A DNA stretch of 38,740 nucleotides from a virus. Lineage: Duplodnaviria; Caudoviricetes. Positions 1-7,652 of the stretch are shown in pieces; within the stretch, counting starts at the first letter, position 1, and the number at the start of each line of letters is the position of its first letter. The position numbers and the translations under genes were made by a program. Location of the stretch: IMG/VR virus record IMGVR_UViG_3300048574_000107, positions 1-38,740 of that record; one strand, 5' to 3'. The notes under the pieces are model-generated. The model searched no databases. It was not told where the DNA came from and was given only the letters and a program-made list of their open reading frames with translations.

Positions 1-462
1 CTCATCGATCTGGATTTGCTGGTAGAGCGGTTCCGGCAATCGCCGAGCCCACTTCCGGATTTCCGGCCAGTTGTTCGTCTTCAGCTGATCTTGCGAGTTG
101 GCCGTCAGAACGCACTTTGCATCGTAGTGGCAGAGCGGATGCCACAGAGCCAAGATTGCCAGTACAACGCCCTTGCCAACGCCGTGACCTGCTCTCACAC
201 TATGACGGGGATTGTCCGTCGTCTTTCCCGATGCATCAGTGAAGAAGTTTTCCGGCTTGAGAAAATCGTCCTGCCATTTCTCAAGCATGACGGCATCAGC
301 GCCGCATCTTTCCGAGAACTCCTCCGAGGTAAGTTCGGCAAGGTCAGGATCGTAAGGCAGAAAGCCGAGCACTGAAGTAGCAAAAAGCCAGGGATTACGA
401 TGAGAGCCTAACCATCCGTCTTCCCAAGTCGGAGAAGACGCCGCTAATGGCTTAGTCGGCAT
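1..462 (-). CDS. terL: Terminase large subunit, N-terminal part (runs off the window edge)
   Basis: Manual translation from ATG 462: MPTKPLAASSPTWEDGWLG...EKWQDDFL...HSVRAGHGVGKGVVLAILALW...LTANSQDQLKTNNWPEIRKW. Shows the Q motif and a GHGVGK Walker A. Frame is open to base 1. Confidence 0.9.
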   Translation of the reverse strand, partial: MPTKPLAASSPTWEDGWLGSHRNPWLFATSVLGFLPYDPDLAELTSEEFSERCGADAVMLEKWQDDFLKPENFFTDASGKTTDNPRHSVRAGHGVGKGVVLAILALWHPLCHYDAKCVLTANSQDQLKTNNWPEIRKWARRLPEPLYQQIQIDE

Positions 463-664
463 CCCGCTCTTTGAACGCACTCGGACCCGGTTCTGTGGGC
501 AGAACCCCGACTTCCACATGGACCGACGCGTCGTAAACCCCGAGGCGCTTGGCGTGCGTTGTCATGTTGGGGCTGAGATAGATTTTCATGCCAGCTTGCT
601 TCGCGTAGGCGATCTGGCCAAGCACCAGATCCCGAGTAAAACCTTCTTCCTCACTTTCGCCCAT
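452..664 (-). CDS. Hypothetical phage protein
   Basis: 70-aa ORF coupled to both neighbours, between terS and terL. Confidence 0.55.
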   Translation of the reverse strand: MGESEEEGFTRDLVLGQIAYAKQAGMKIYLSPNMTTHAKRLGVYDASVHVEVGVLPTEPGPSAFKERDAD

Positions 665-936
665 CAGAACTCCCTCGTCCGTCCCGTAAAATCAGAATGG
701 CTCGTCCAGTAGCTTTCGTGCTTGCCCGCTCTCTCATCCGCATAAAGCTGCTTGTGCAGCGTGTTATGCGGGAATGTTCCATGCGGAAGAACGGCGACGT
801 AGGGGCCTAAGCCTTCCGGTGAGAACCACTTCACCGTGAAGCCGCCATCGTCCATCTTGATGATCTCAACCCGGCGAACGCCTTGCGGTGTCGGAAGCTG
901 AACGAAATCTCCCACGTGAAGATCGCTTGATCTCAT
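664..936 (-). CDS. Hypothetical phage protein
   Basis: 90-aa ORF with ATGA overlap to the upstream gene. Confidence 0.6.
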   Translation of the reverse strand: MRSSDLHVGDFVQLPTPQGVRRVEIIKMDDGGFTVKWFSPEGLGPYVAVLPHGTFPHNTLHKQLYADERAGKHESYWTSHSDFTGRTREF

Positions 937-1499
937 GCGTGCATCTCCACCTGCGGGAGCCGCCCAGACGTACGGCCAAATTTTCCATGATATCGATGTG
1001 AGGCTGCCTCGTAAGCCGCAGCAGCATCTTCAATCGTGGAATATCTGCCGATCTGATGCCGTTTGCCGTAGGCTCTAATCTCGACCTTCCATTTCTGCCT
1101 CGCCCTGTCCCAGCAAACGCCTTTGACTCCAGACGTGTTATTCGACCGTGGAGCTATATTCATGAGGTTTTGAGAGGTATCGGCGAGGCGAAGATTATCC
1201 CAACGATTGTTGCTGCCGCTAAGATCGCGATGGTCAATGTCGGCAGATGGCCATTCCCCGGTCATATAAAGCCAAGCGAGGCGGTGGGCTCGATAAAGCC
1301 GATTATCAATCTCGATGATCCGATAATGAGTAAGACTTTTGGGATCTGATTTTAAATATCCCGCTTCCTTTCCTGCGAAACGAATATTCCAAGTCTGCTT
1401 CTTACCGGTATAGCTCTCTCGCATTTTCCATGTGAACTCGCCGGTAGCTGGGTCGTAGGCAAGAACCTGGTGGAGTCGTTCAAGCGTTAGCAATGGCAC
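933..1499 (-). CDS. HNH endonuclease with C-terminal AP2 DNA-binding domain
   Basis: YRAHRLAWLYMTGEWP...IDHRD...NNRWDNLR; NNTSGVKGVCWDRARQKWKVEIR...IGRY...AAAAYEAA. Confidence 0.92.
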   Translation of the reverse strand: MPLLTLERLHQVLAYDPATGEFTWKMRESYTGKKQTWNIRFAGKEAGYLKSDPKSLTHYRIIEIDNRLYRAHRLAWLYMTGEWPSADIDHRDLSGSNNRWDNLRLADTSQNLMNIAPRSNNTSGVKGVCWDRARQKWKVEIRAYGKRHQIGRYSTIEDAAAAYEAASHRYHGKFGRTSGRLPQVEMHA

Positions 1500-1788
1500 C
1501 CTCTCCGTTCAAAATGGCGAGTCGCGCCTTCCTCGCAGGCTTGGATTTGACCTTCAACATTGGATTGACGGCAGTGTAATTGTCAGAGAGAACCTCGACC
1601 CAGCCGGTCAACCTTGCTAGTTCCCAGATCAGGGCACGTCGTGACATCCCGCTCGGAAACCGCATCGTCTTGAACGAATGCCCGATCACCAAGTCCAGCG
1701 TGCAGCCGGTCCACTTGTACTGGCCTTTCTTGAAGCCCAAGAGCTTCAGCGTGTTCTCGATCTCAGATCGAATGTCGGATCGTTTCAT
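1480..1788 (-). CDS. Hypothetical phage protein
   Basis: Likely start MKRSDIRS at 1788, an ATGA overlap with the terS stop. Confidence 0.6.
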   Translation of the reverse strand: MKRSDIRSEIENTLKLLGFKKGQYKWTGCTLDLVIGHSFKTMRFPSGMSRRALIWELARLTGWVEVLSDNYTAVNPMLKVKSKPARKARLAILNGEGAIANA

Positions 1789-2270
1789 GGAGCAGCCCCC
1801 GTTCCGCCGCCAATGCGCTGCCACAGGTTTGCAAAGGCTTCCGAGGCGTCATGCTTGACCTCGGTCTTGTCGCGCCAGTTCTCAGGGTCGCGGTTCTTGA
1901 GCCAGAAGATGCAAGCCGTCGTGTCAGGTGGTACGTGTTCGACGGTCTTAGTGCGAACAATCTCGCCCTGGAACTGGAACACCTTCTCGCTGTCGAACGT
2001 GTAGCCTAATGCCTTGTGGTAGAGACTGCGCTCAACTCGCTCGTCTGCTTCCGATTTCCCCATTTTCAGGGCAGCAGAAAACTCTTTATGGCGAGCCTTC
2101 CATGTATTGATGGTTGTGATGCTAACCTCGAAAGCTTCCGCCAGTTCAGCGTCGGTAGCACCAAGCGCACACATGCTCTTTGCTAAGCGCACATATTCAA
2201 GCTTGAACTGGGTCGGACGGCCGCCGCCGGGGTTTCCTGCCGCGAATTTGTTACCTTTGGGGGCTGCCAC
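1785..2270 (-). CDS. terS: Terminase small subunit (HTH type)
   Basis: APKGNKFAAGN..GRP; GATDAELAEAFEVSITTINTWKARHKEFSAALK; PPDTTACIFWLKNRDPENWRD. GTG 2270 is preceded by GGAGG. Confidence 0.9.
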   Translation of the reverse strand: MAAPKGNKFAAGNPGGGRPTQFKLEYVRLAKSMCALGATDAELAEAFEVSITTINTWKARHKEFSAALKMGKSEADERVERSLYHKALGYTFDSEKVFQFQGEIVRTKTVEHVPPDTTACIFWLKNRDPENWRDKTEVKHDASEAFANLWQRIGGGTGAAP

Positions 2271-2781
2271 GACGCCCTCCCTTACGGACATTTTCGCTCG
2301 CCCAAAGCGGCTGAAGGTTCTCAAGACTCCAACATTTCTTAAATTGGTCTGGGACAGACTGGTCGAAAGCTGCGCAGGGCTGAATATGGTCAACGTGCCA
2401 TTTGCCGTAGTTAGCCCACGTCATGCCTTCCTGAAATTTGCTTTCGAGATGGTGCCGAAGCTCATCGATTGTGAACTCCAAGCGCGAAAGAATGACACCT
2501 TTCGTTTTTCCTTTGAGAGCGGCCCAAAGCCTCGACCGCATCGAGTTTTCAAGCCGATACACTGGGTCCAAGGCCAATCGCCTCTTCTTCGAAATCGATC
2601 GGACGCGGGATCGCTCTGCCGATTTGCCAAGGCGATCCTGCTTGATCAAAACCAGACAAGATAAAAGCCACTCATCTTCACTGCGAGGCTCTGCGAAGAA
2701 CGCAGAAACTTCAGAGAGGGTGGCTCCAAGGTCGAAAAGCTTATCGGATCTCTCTCCTGCTGACGTATCCGTGCTTAACAT
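2251..2781 (-). CDS. HNH-type endonuclease overlapping the terS start
   Basis: LRHHLESKFQEGMTWANYGKWHVDHIQPCAAFD...CWSLENLQPLWASENVRKG. Confidence 0.85.
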   Translation of the reverse strand: MLSTDTSAGERSDKLFDLGATLSEVSAFFAEPRSEDEWLLSCLVLIKQDRLGKSAERSRVRSISKKRRLALDPVYRLENSMRSRLWAALKGKTKGVILSRLEFTIDELRHHLESKFQEGMTWANYGKWHVDHIQPCAAFDQSVPDQFKKCWSLENLQPLWASENVRKGGRRGSPQR

Positions 2782-2784
2782 ATC

Positions 2785-3015
2785 TCAGTGCCCCCGTCGT
2801 GCGCCCTTGGCCGGGCGGCTGCTCTCTTCTTCTGCTCCGCCGAACACCTCGAACCGCTCTAACGCCTCAAGGTCTGCAATGAGGTTTGAGATCGTTCCCG
2901 GATCGTAGGATGCCGAGTGCATGTCCTGCACGGCTTGCTGGACCCGCATCTTGAGCCGAGCCCGGGCGATGCTGATCTGATCGTCGGTCAAGGTGATGCC
3001 TTGGTAGGTGTTCAT
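2785..3015 (-). CDS. Hypothetical phage protein
   Basis: 76-aa ORF with ATGA overlap, in the late operon. Confidence 0.6.
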   Translation of the reverse strand: MNTYQGITLTDDQISIARARLKMRVQQAVQDMHSASYDPGTISNLIADLEALERFEVFGGAEEESSRPAKGARRGH

Positions 3016-3371
3016 ACTGAATCCCCGTCCTCGATAAAGCTGATGCGATAGCCCTGCCCGAAAGCGATCAAGCTTTCTCCGTAGAGCACCGGGCTGTCTT
3101 GAGTTGCATTTCGGAGGTCGACATTCTTTGTCGAGACCTCGTAACGAACACGCTTGTTGGCCTGGATCTCCACCATCAACATGTTGGAGTGCTGGTTGAC
3201 CGACATGCTCGGGTCCGTTGCGACGGCGGTTCCATCTGCCGTTACGGTCTGCTGTGCCAGGTATGGCATCTTGGGAAGCCAGACGGCGTTCTCAGAGTTG
3301 CGGCCCCCATAAGAGGAAATGGCCCCGGCGATCATGCCTTCGATCACGAAGCAGCGAACCTTGACGGTCAT
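3012..3371 (-). CDS. Hypothetical phage protein (beta-rich)
   Basis: 119-aa ORF with GAGGG RBS; first sizeable late gene. Confidence 0.7.
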   Translation of the reverse strand: MTVKVRCFVIEGMIAGAISSYGGRNSENAVWLPKMPYLAQQTVTADGTAVATDPSMSVNQHSNMLMVEIQANKRVRYEVSTKNVDLRNATQDSPVLYGESLIAFGQGYRISFIEDGDSV

Positions 3372-3513
3372 CCGTCCCTCATTCAGATTGTGTGGAGAGA
3401 CCAGCGGCCGGCGTCATCCCCATGAACAACCGGCCGCCAGTGTGAGCTGCACTCTTCACGATATTCAGGTGTCCAAGCCTGAAGATCGTGCTGACGAGAG
3501 CAGCAATTGAATT

Positions 3514-3600
3514 TCAGCCTATTTGCCAGATCAGCCAAAAGCTGAAGGCCGTGACAGCGAGCCCAAGCCAGAACGAAGGGCTCGTGTAGATGTCCCACAT
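3514..3600 (-). CDS. Small single-pass membrane peptide (28 aa)
   Basis: MWDIYTSPSFWLGLAVTAFSFWLIWQIG; GGAG upstream; below the ORF-track cutoff. Confidence 0.5.
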   Translation of the reverse strand: MWDIYTSPSFWLGLAVTAFSFWLIWQIG

Positions 3601-3615
3601 GGCGTTCTCAGGCTC

Positions 3616-3657
3616 CAAAACACGAAACCCCAGGAGAGGCTTTCACCTGTCCTGGGG
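3616..3657 (-). terminator. Intrinsic terminator
   Basis: Minus strand: CCCCAGGA-C-AGGT-GAAA-GCCT-C-TCCTGGGG followed by TTTCGTGTTTT. Confidence 0.6.
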
Positions 3658-3986
3658 CTCTATCCTTTAATAAGGATCGGCGTTGTTAAAGGTTCTGATC
3701 CGGTTGGCGTTATCATACAAACTGCGATGTGGCTGAGATTGTATGATAACAGCTAAGCGGGGCTCGCCGTAACGAACCCGAATGCTCATCCTGCACATGG
3801 CAGGCGAAACTGAACTATCCGGAAATTCCGGATAGTTGCCCCTGTTGTGGGGTCTTAGACGCGGATCGCTTTCGCGAGAGCCGCAAACCTAGCTTCCCAA
3901 CACCCCAACTCAGTGACCGCAGCTATGCGCCCCTCTGATGCTATCTAGCGGGTGTGGGCTGCTTGCCGGTGTGATTTGGGGGAGGT

Positions 3987-4025
3987 CAGAAACGAAAAAC
4001 CCGGACAGCTTTTCAGCTTCCGGGC
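3987..4025 (-). terminator. tR'-like terminator just downstream of the late promoter
   Basis: Minus strand: CCCGGA-AGCT-GAAA-AGCT-G-TCCGGG-TTTTTCGTTT. Confidence 0.75.
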
Positions 4026-4039
4026 GCATTGGTTCGTTG

Positions 4040-4078
4040 ATTATGGGGCACCATACCCGCTATTCTTTTTTTAGGCAA
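4040..4078 (-). promoter_or_regulatory. Putative late promoter (pR'-like)
   Basis: TTGCCT (4078-4073)-N17-TATGGT (4055-4050), with a second -10-like CATAAT at 4045-4040. Confidence 0.6.
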
Positions 4079-4135
4079 CGGCCTGAGGTCCAAAAAGCGA
4101 CGGCTGTCTAGCTTATAAAGCGCGACATATTGTCG

Positions 4136-4516
4136 CTATTTGTCGCATGATGCGCCGAATCTAGGGCGCCACCCCCAAGACGAATCATCCCAATTCCACA
4201 TGATATCCTCGCCCGCCTTCTCTTTCCATACATTCGCTACTGTATCCAATGCGTCGTCCACGCTTAAACGAAACCATTCCGTCTGACCCTTGATAGCGGC
4301 CGCCCCAGGGGCGGCAACAAATCTCAGATTACATAATCTGGCATGGCAGGCAGCCTCTATCGAATAGGCTAGCTGGTGCCGCTGAGTGCAAGCGACGGCC
4401 CACCGTGCGATATGCGCAGGCGAGTGCACTTCTCGAACGCGTGAATTTCCCCAAGTAGACGCGCCAATTTTGCAGAAGCCTCCCCCATCGGCCAGGACAT
4501 AGACACATGCATTCAT
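4136..4516 (-). CDS. GIY-YIG-like (T5orf172/Mug113-type) domain protein
   Basis: CVYVLADGGGFCKIGAS...SRVREV...IEAACHARL...TEWFRL. Confidence 0.75.
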   Translation of the reverse strand: MNACVYVLADGGGFCKIGASTWGNSRVREVHSPAHIARWAVACTQRHQLAYSIEAACHARLCNLRFVAAPGAAAIKGQTEWFRLSVDDALDTVANVWKEKAGEDIMWNWDDSSWGWRPRFGASCDK

Positions 4517-4737
4517 CGTCGCTTCCTTTCCGCTGATGCCAGCATTGCGTCCACATATTCCCTAATCAGGGCCGACCGGCTTGGTCGATCTCCCCGGCTC
4601 GCAATCTCCGCATCGAGTCGCCTAGTCAAATCTGGTGGAAACCGAACGGGAACCAGCGTTTGGTGCTCGTCTTCTGGAATTGATGGTCTACCGGCGCGGG
4701 ACTTACGGGCCATGACGCTGATCTCTGTGTTTTGCAT
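4513..4737 (-). CDS. Ribbon-helix-helix (CopG/Arc) regulator, probably leaderless
   Basis: GRPS...VPVRFPPDLTRRLDAEIASRGDRPSRSALIREYVDAML. ATG 4737 sits at the predicted +1. Confidence 0.8.
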   Translation of the reverse strand: MQNTEISVMARKSRAGRPSIPEDEHQTLVPVRFPPDLTRRLDAEIASRGDRPSRSALIREYVDAMLASAERKRR

Positions 4738-4744
4738 GCCCATT

Positions 4745-4807
4745 TATATACGTAATACAAAAATATTCGTCAAGCCTATTGCATTCCTATTATTTGTGTA
4801 TTACATT
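4745..4807. promoter_or_regulatory. Divergent promoter pair with inverted operator
   Basis: Leftward TTGACG (4773-4768)-N17-TATATA; rightward TTGCAT (4779-4784)-N17-TACATT (4802-4807). GTAATACA (4752-4759) and TGTATTAC (4797-4804) are inverted copies. Confidence 0.7.
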
Positions 4808-4813
4808 AATCAT

Positions 4814-4965
4814 CAAGACGGCCTGAACGGTCCCGACAGCTGACAGAGAAAACAATCCGCAGCTAGGTCTCTAGTAAGACGCCCCGTCACCCAGTCCAAA
4901 TGGGCTCCCACTTAGGCAAGGGAGATACGAAAAACCCCAGAGATGGGGAAGTGCGAAGCTATGGA
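4814..4965 (+). ncRNA. Structured 5' leader RNA of unknown class
   Basis: Stems GACGG/CCGTC, AGCTG/CAGCT, GTCT/AGAC, CCCA/TGGG, CTCCC/GGGAG and CCCCA-GAGA-TGGGG, starting at the predicted +1. Confidence 0.45.
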
Positions 4966-4973
4966 GAAACGAC

Positions 4974-5207
4974 ATGCTTCCAAGAAAAGTAGATTTCACG
5001 CCCATCGTTGGCCCGGCCTTCCGTGCTCTTAGGGCTCACGGATGCACAGCCGCTCGTGGCGTGCAGGCTTACAGGATAACCGCTGGCTACGACGAAGCTG
5101 CATGGTTTCCGGCGACAGTCATTCTCTACGGGACTGTGAAGATTGACGATGCCCGGCCGGTTTTAGCTGATCTTGGCTGGGCCGGCGCAATCAAGATCGA
5201 AAACTAA
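4974..5207 (+). CDS. Hypothetical protein (moron gene 1)
   Basis: 77 aa, GGAG RBS. Confidence 0.7.
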   Translation: MLPRKVDFTPIVGPAFRALRAHGCTAARGVQAYRITAGYDEAAWFPATVILYGTVKIDDARPVLADLGWAGAIKIEN

Positions 5208-5265
5208 TAGGTCGAAACCGGCGCTAATGCCGGTCCTACCGTCAGGCGGTAGATGATGAGACCAA
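5208..5265 (+). ncRNA. Type II hammerhead ribozyme fold (core variant AUGAUGA)
   Basis: GGTC-GAAA-CCGGC-GCTAAT-GCCGG-TC^CTACCG-TCAGG-CGGTAG-ATGATGA-GACC. All three stems and the GUC triplet are present; C3 is replaced by A. Confidence 0.8.
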
Positions 5266-5276
5266 TGGAGACTACG

Positions 5277-5489
5277 ATGAACCTTTTCCGCGCTGGCACG
5301 AAAGATGGCTCGCTAGATCGCAAATACCTTCGGGTGTGCTCGGTCTACAAACTTCTGAAACGCCAGGCTATCGGGCAGGACCGCGCTCTCGAACTTCTGG
5401 CGCAACGCCATTCAGAAATCGAGATGAAAACTTTGCGGGGCACCGTCCAGCTTTGGAAGGCGCACCCCATCCCTGACATGCTGCCATGA
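5277..5489 (+). CDS. Hypothetical protein (moron gene 2)
   Basis: MNLFRAG start with GGAG RBS directly after the hammerhead. Confidence 0.7.
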   Translation: MNLFRAGTKDGSLDRKYLRVCSVYKLLKRQAIGQDRALELLAQRHSEIEMKTLRGTVQLWKAHPIPDMLP

Positions 5490-5627
5490 CGCGGCGTTCG
5501 CTGTACGCAAACCTCGGAAATTGTGTACAGCGCGCCCTGCGCCAAGCAGGAAATAAGCGAGCCCCGCAACGGCGGACACCGTGGCGAGGCTCTTGATCTC
5601 AAACCTTCTGAACAAGGATTGAAACCC

Positions 5628-6650
5628 ATGAGCGAACCTACCACAACAGAGCGATGCCTCGCAATCGGTGTCGGAATACTTATTCTTGCTGCTGCGACCG
5701 ATCTCGCAGTTCGCAAGGCTGGCGGATACGATAGCGATTATTCCCGCCTGCTCATTGCTCTCGCCGCCGGCGTCGTGACCGGTGCTTACATTCTCGGTCG
5801 TGCTTGGTCGGTATCTCGCAAGATCGCAATCGTCATCCTTCTGACGCTTTGCTGCGGCGAAGGCTATAATCTCTGGCAAACTGCAGAACGTGTCATGAGC
5901 ACCAGAGAAGCAGGCCGCGCTCCTAGTCGTGCCGCCCTGAAACAGCACCAGGAAGCCGAAGACGCCCTGAAGACGGCGCAAGGTGCGCAAGTCACGTCTG
6001 CCCGCCTGACGCTCGCCCTCGCAGCTCAGGTGAAAGCCAAAGCCGACTATCAGAAAGAGCTTCGCGAGGGTGGCCGCTGCAAAACCATCTGCGAAGGCTT
6101 GAAAGCTGACGCGGGCAAAGCTGATAAGGAAGTCACGGAGGCGCTTGCCGAAGCCGAAGCCATGAAGGCAACGGCCATCAGCGCTGCCAAGACTGATCTG
6201 GCGGCTCATCCGCTTCCGGCGTCGGGCACAGCATCGTCGGACGAAACGGGCGTTCCTGTTTGGGTCATCGACCTCGTTTCAGCTATGCTGTTGTCTCTTG
6301 GAGCGAATGGACTGGCTGCTGGTCTGATCGCGTTCGGGGCACATTCAACCGGCAAGGATTCCTCGCGAGTTGCCGCCAACGACGCAGACCAAACCGACTT
6401 CCCCGCTTCCGACTTTGATGCCGCAAAAATCAAAGCCCTGGTTGCTGGTGAAATTCCGGGAAAACCTACGCCTCCGAATAAACCCCGTAAGCGTGGCCGG
6501 AAAGCTGACCAGAACGTCATCGACTTCACTCAGAAGTTCCGGGAACGTAATGGCCGGACACCGAGCGGTTCAGAGTTGCGCAGGCAGTTCCCGGCTTTGC
6601 CGGTGTCAACGGCTTATGACTATGCGAATAGAGCAAAAATGGCGGTGTGA
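5628..6650 (+). CDS. Membrane protein: three N-terminal TM segments, coiled coil, fourth TM segment, C-terminal HTH-like domain
   Basis: Start MSEPTT after AAGGA; hydrophobic segments; Ala/Lys/Glu-rich coil; TPSGSELRRQFPALPVSTAYDY. Confidence 0.75.
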   Translation: MSEPTTTERCLAIGVGILILAAATDLAVRKAGGYDSDYSRLLIALAAGVVTGAYILGRAWSVSRKIAIVILLTLCCGEGYNLWQTAERVMSTREAGRAPSRAALKQHQEAEDALKTAQGAQVTSARLTLALAAQVKAKADYQKELREGGRCKTICEGLKADAGKADKEVTEALAEAEAMKATAISAAKTDLAAHPLPASGTASSDETGVPVWVIDLVSAMLLSLGANGLAAGLIAFGAHSTGKDSSRVAANDADQTDFPASDFDAAKIKALVAGEIPGKPTPPNKPRKRGRKADQNVIDFTQKFRERNGRTPSGSELRRQFPALPVSTAYDYANRAKMAV

Positions 6651-6655
6651 ATTTT

Positions 6656-6687
6656 AAGGGCGGCTCTCACGGGCTGCCCTTTTCTCT
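6656..6687 (+). terminator. Terminator closing the moron (possibly bidirectional)
   Basis: AAGGGCGGCT-CTCACG-GGCTGCCCTT-TTCTCT. Confidence 0.7.
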
Positions 6688-7002
6688 GTGGGGCTCGATG
6701 ATATCGGCCAGCACGCGCAGTTCGACTTCTTCGGCTGATCCCTCAACGCATCCAGCAAGCGCCTCCATCCGCTGCTCGATCGTTGCGCGGGCGCGTTTCC
6801 TTTGGTTCGAAATAAAATGTAGCTCCTTAATGAGTTTGGCAGTCCAGGAACGCAGCGAAATGAAATCAGGCCAAGCCTTCTCGCGGTCCATCTCTGGGAA
6901 TAGCGACACCTTCTTTAGCGCGATCTCCGAATTGTAGATCAACACCGCGACGCGGTCGTTGGGATCATCCGGCGATTTCGGCTCCGGTTTGTGGACGATC
7001 AC
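6667..7002 (-). CDS. Hypothetical phage protein
   Basis: 111 aa, GGAGG RBS; last gene of the leftward early-middle operon. Confidence 0.65.
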   Translation of the reverse strand: MIVHKPEPKSPDDPNDRVAVLIYNSEIALKKVSLFPEMDREKAWPDFISLRSWTAKLIKELHFISNQRKRARATIEQRMEALAGCVEGSAEEVELRVLADIIEPHREKGSP

Positions 7003-7018
7003 GCGGCCTCCTGCTCTG

Positions 7019-7186
7019 TCATGGTCTCTGCATCCTCATCGCTGCTCGTTTCGAGATAGGGCGGGCCTTCTTCGATTTGCGCCAACGCTGCCTTTGGGAG
7101 GCGTCCTTAGACTTCCGCCACGTCTTCAGCTTGCCCTCTTTGATGCTGAAGTTGCCGAAGTCCTTGCTTGTGAGAAAGCGGGTCAT
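7019..7186 (-). CDS. Small basic hypothetical protein
   Basis: MTRFLTSKDFGNFSIKEGKLK...; ATGA overlap. Confidence 0.5.
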   Translation of the reverse strand: MTRFLTSKDFGNFSIKEGKLKTWRKSKDASQRQRWRKSKKARPISKRAAMRMQRP

Positions 7187-7320
7187 CGCTCAGCCCTCAC
7201 CAAGACATAGCCGCCCCAATTATCGCTGAGCCACGCACCGATATGCACCGTCGCCCACATGAACCAGAACGCGACGAAGAACATGAAAGCCCAAAAGGCG
7301 AGTTCACGCTTCCAGGTCAT
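7183..7320 (-). CDS. Small membrane protein
   Basis: MTWKRELAFWAFMFFVAFWFMWATVHIGAW...; ATGA overlaps on both sides. Confidence 0.55.
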   Translation of the reverse strand: MTWKRELAFWAFMFFVAFWFMWATVHIGAWLSDNWGGYVLVRAER

Positions 7321-7649
7321 GTCTGAATCCTTTTCATGCACGCCGCGCCCCAATCACCCAGAAGCGGCCGGTACGACAGGCACATCATTCCTTCATCGCG
7401 ATAGCGGCGCACTTCGATACGATCCATTTCAGCAATCTTCGCGACTTGTCCCTCACTCAGGAGCCCGTCGTTGAGCGCGACCGCGATCATGCGCGCCAAT
7501 CGCTTTTCGTCTCTGACGACATGGTATCGGGGTCCTCGTTCATAGATCCCAGCGTGACCGCTCTTGCCATATTTTGCGCGCCGCGTTTCCCAGCCTCGCT
7601 GCCTCGCTTCCGAAATTTCAGCCGCAGTTTTTTTGAACCATCGCCCCAT
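7317..7649 (-). CDS. Hypothetical protein with HTH-like segment
   Basis: GLLSEGQVAKIAEMDRIEVRR. Confidence 0.65.
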   Translation of the reverse strand: MGRWFKKTAAEISEARQRGWETRRAKYGKSGHAGIYERGPRYHVVRDEKRLARMIAVALNDGLLSEGQVAKIAEMDRIEVRRYRDEGMMCLSYRPLLGDWGAACMKRIQT

Positions 7650-7652
7650 GCT

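Noticed and set aside
16-383. ORFs 16-375 (+) and 195-383 (-)
   Set aside because: Both overlap the terL frame found manually.
3780-3815. Second hammerhead (stem followed by CGAAAC)
   Set aside because: No CUGANGA-like core and no stems I or III.
5412-6209. 265-aa minus-strand ORF and similar long antisense ORFs (e.g. 22661-23254, 9384-9980, 37970-38458)
   Set aside because: Shadow frames opposite well-supported genes; no motifs or RBS.
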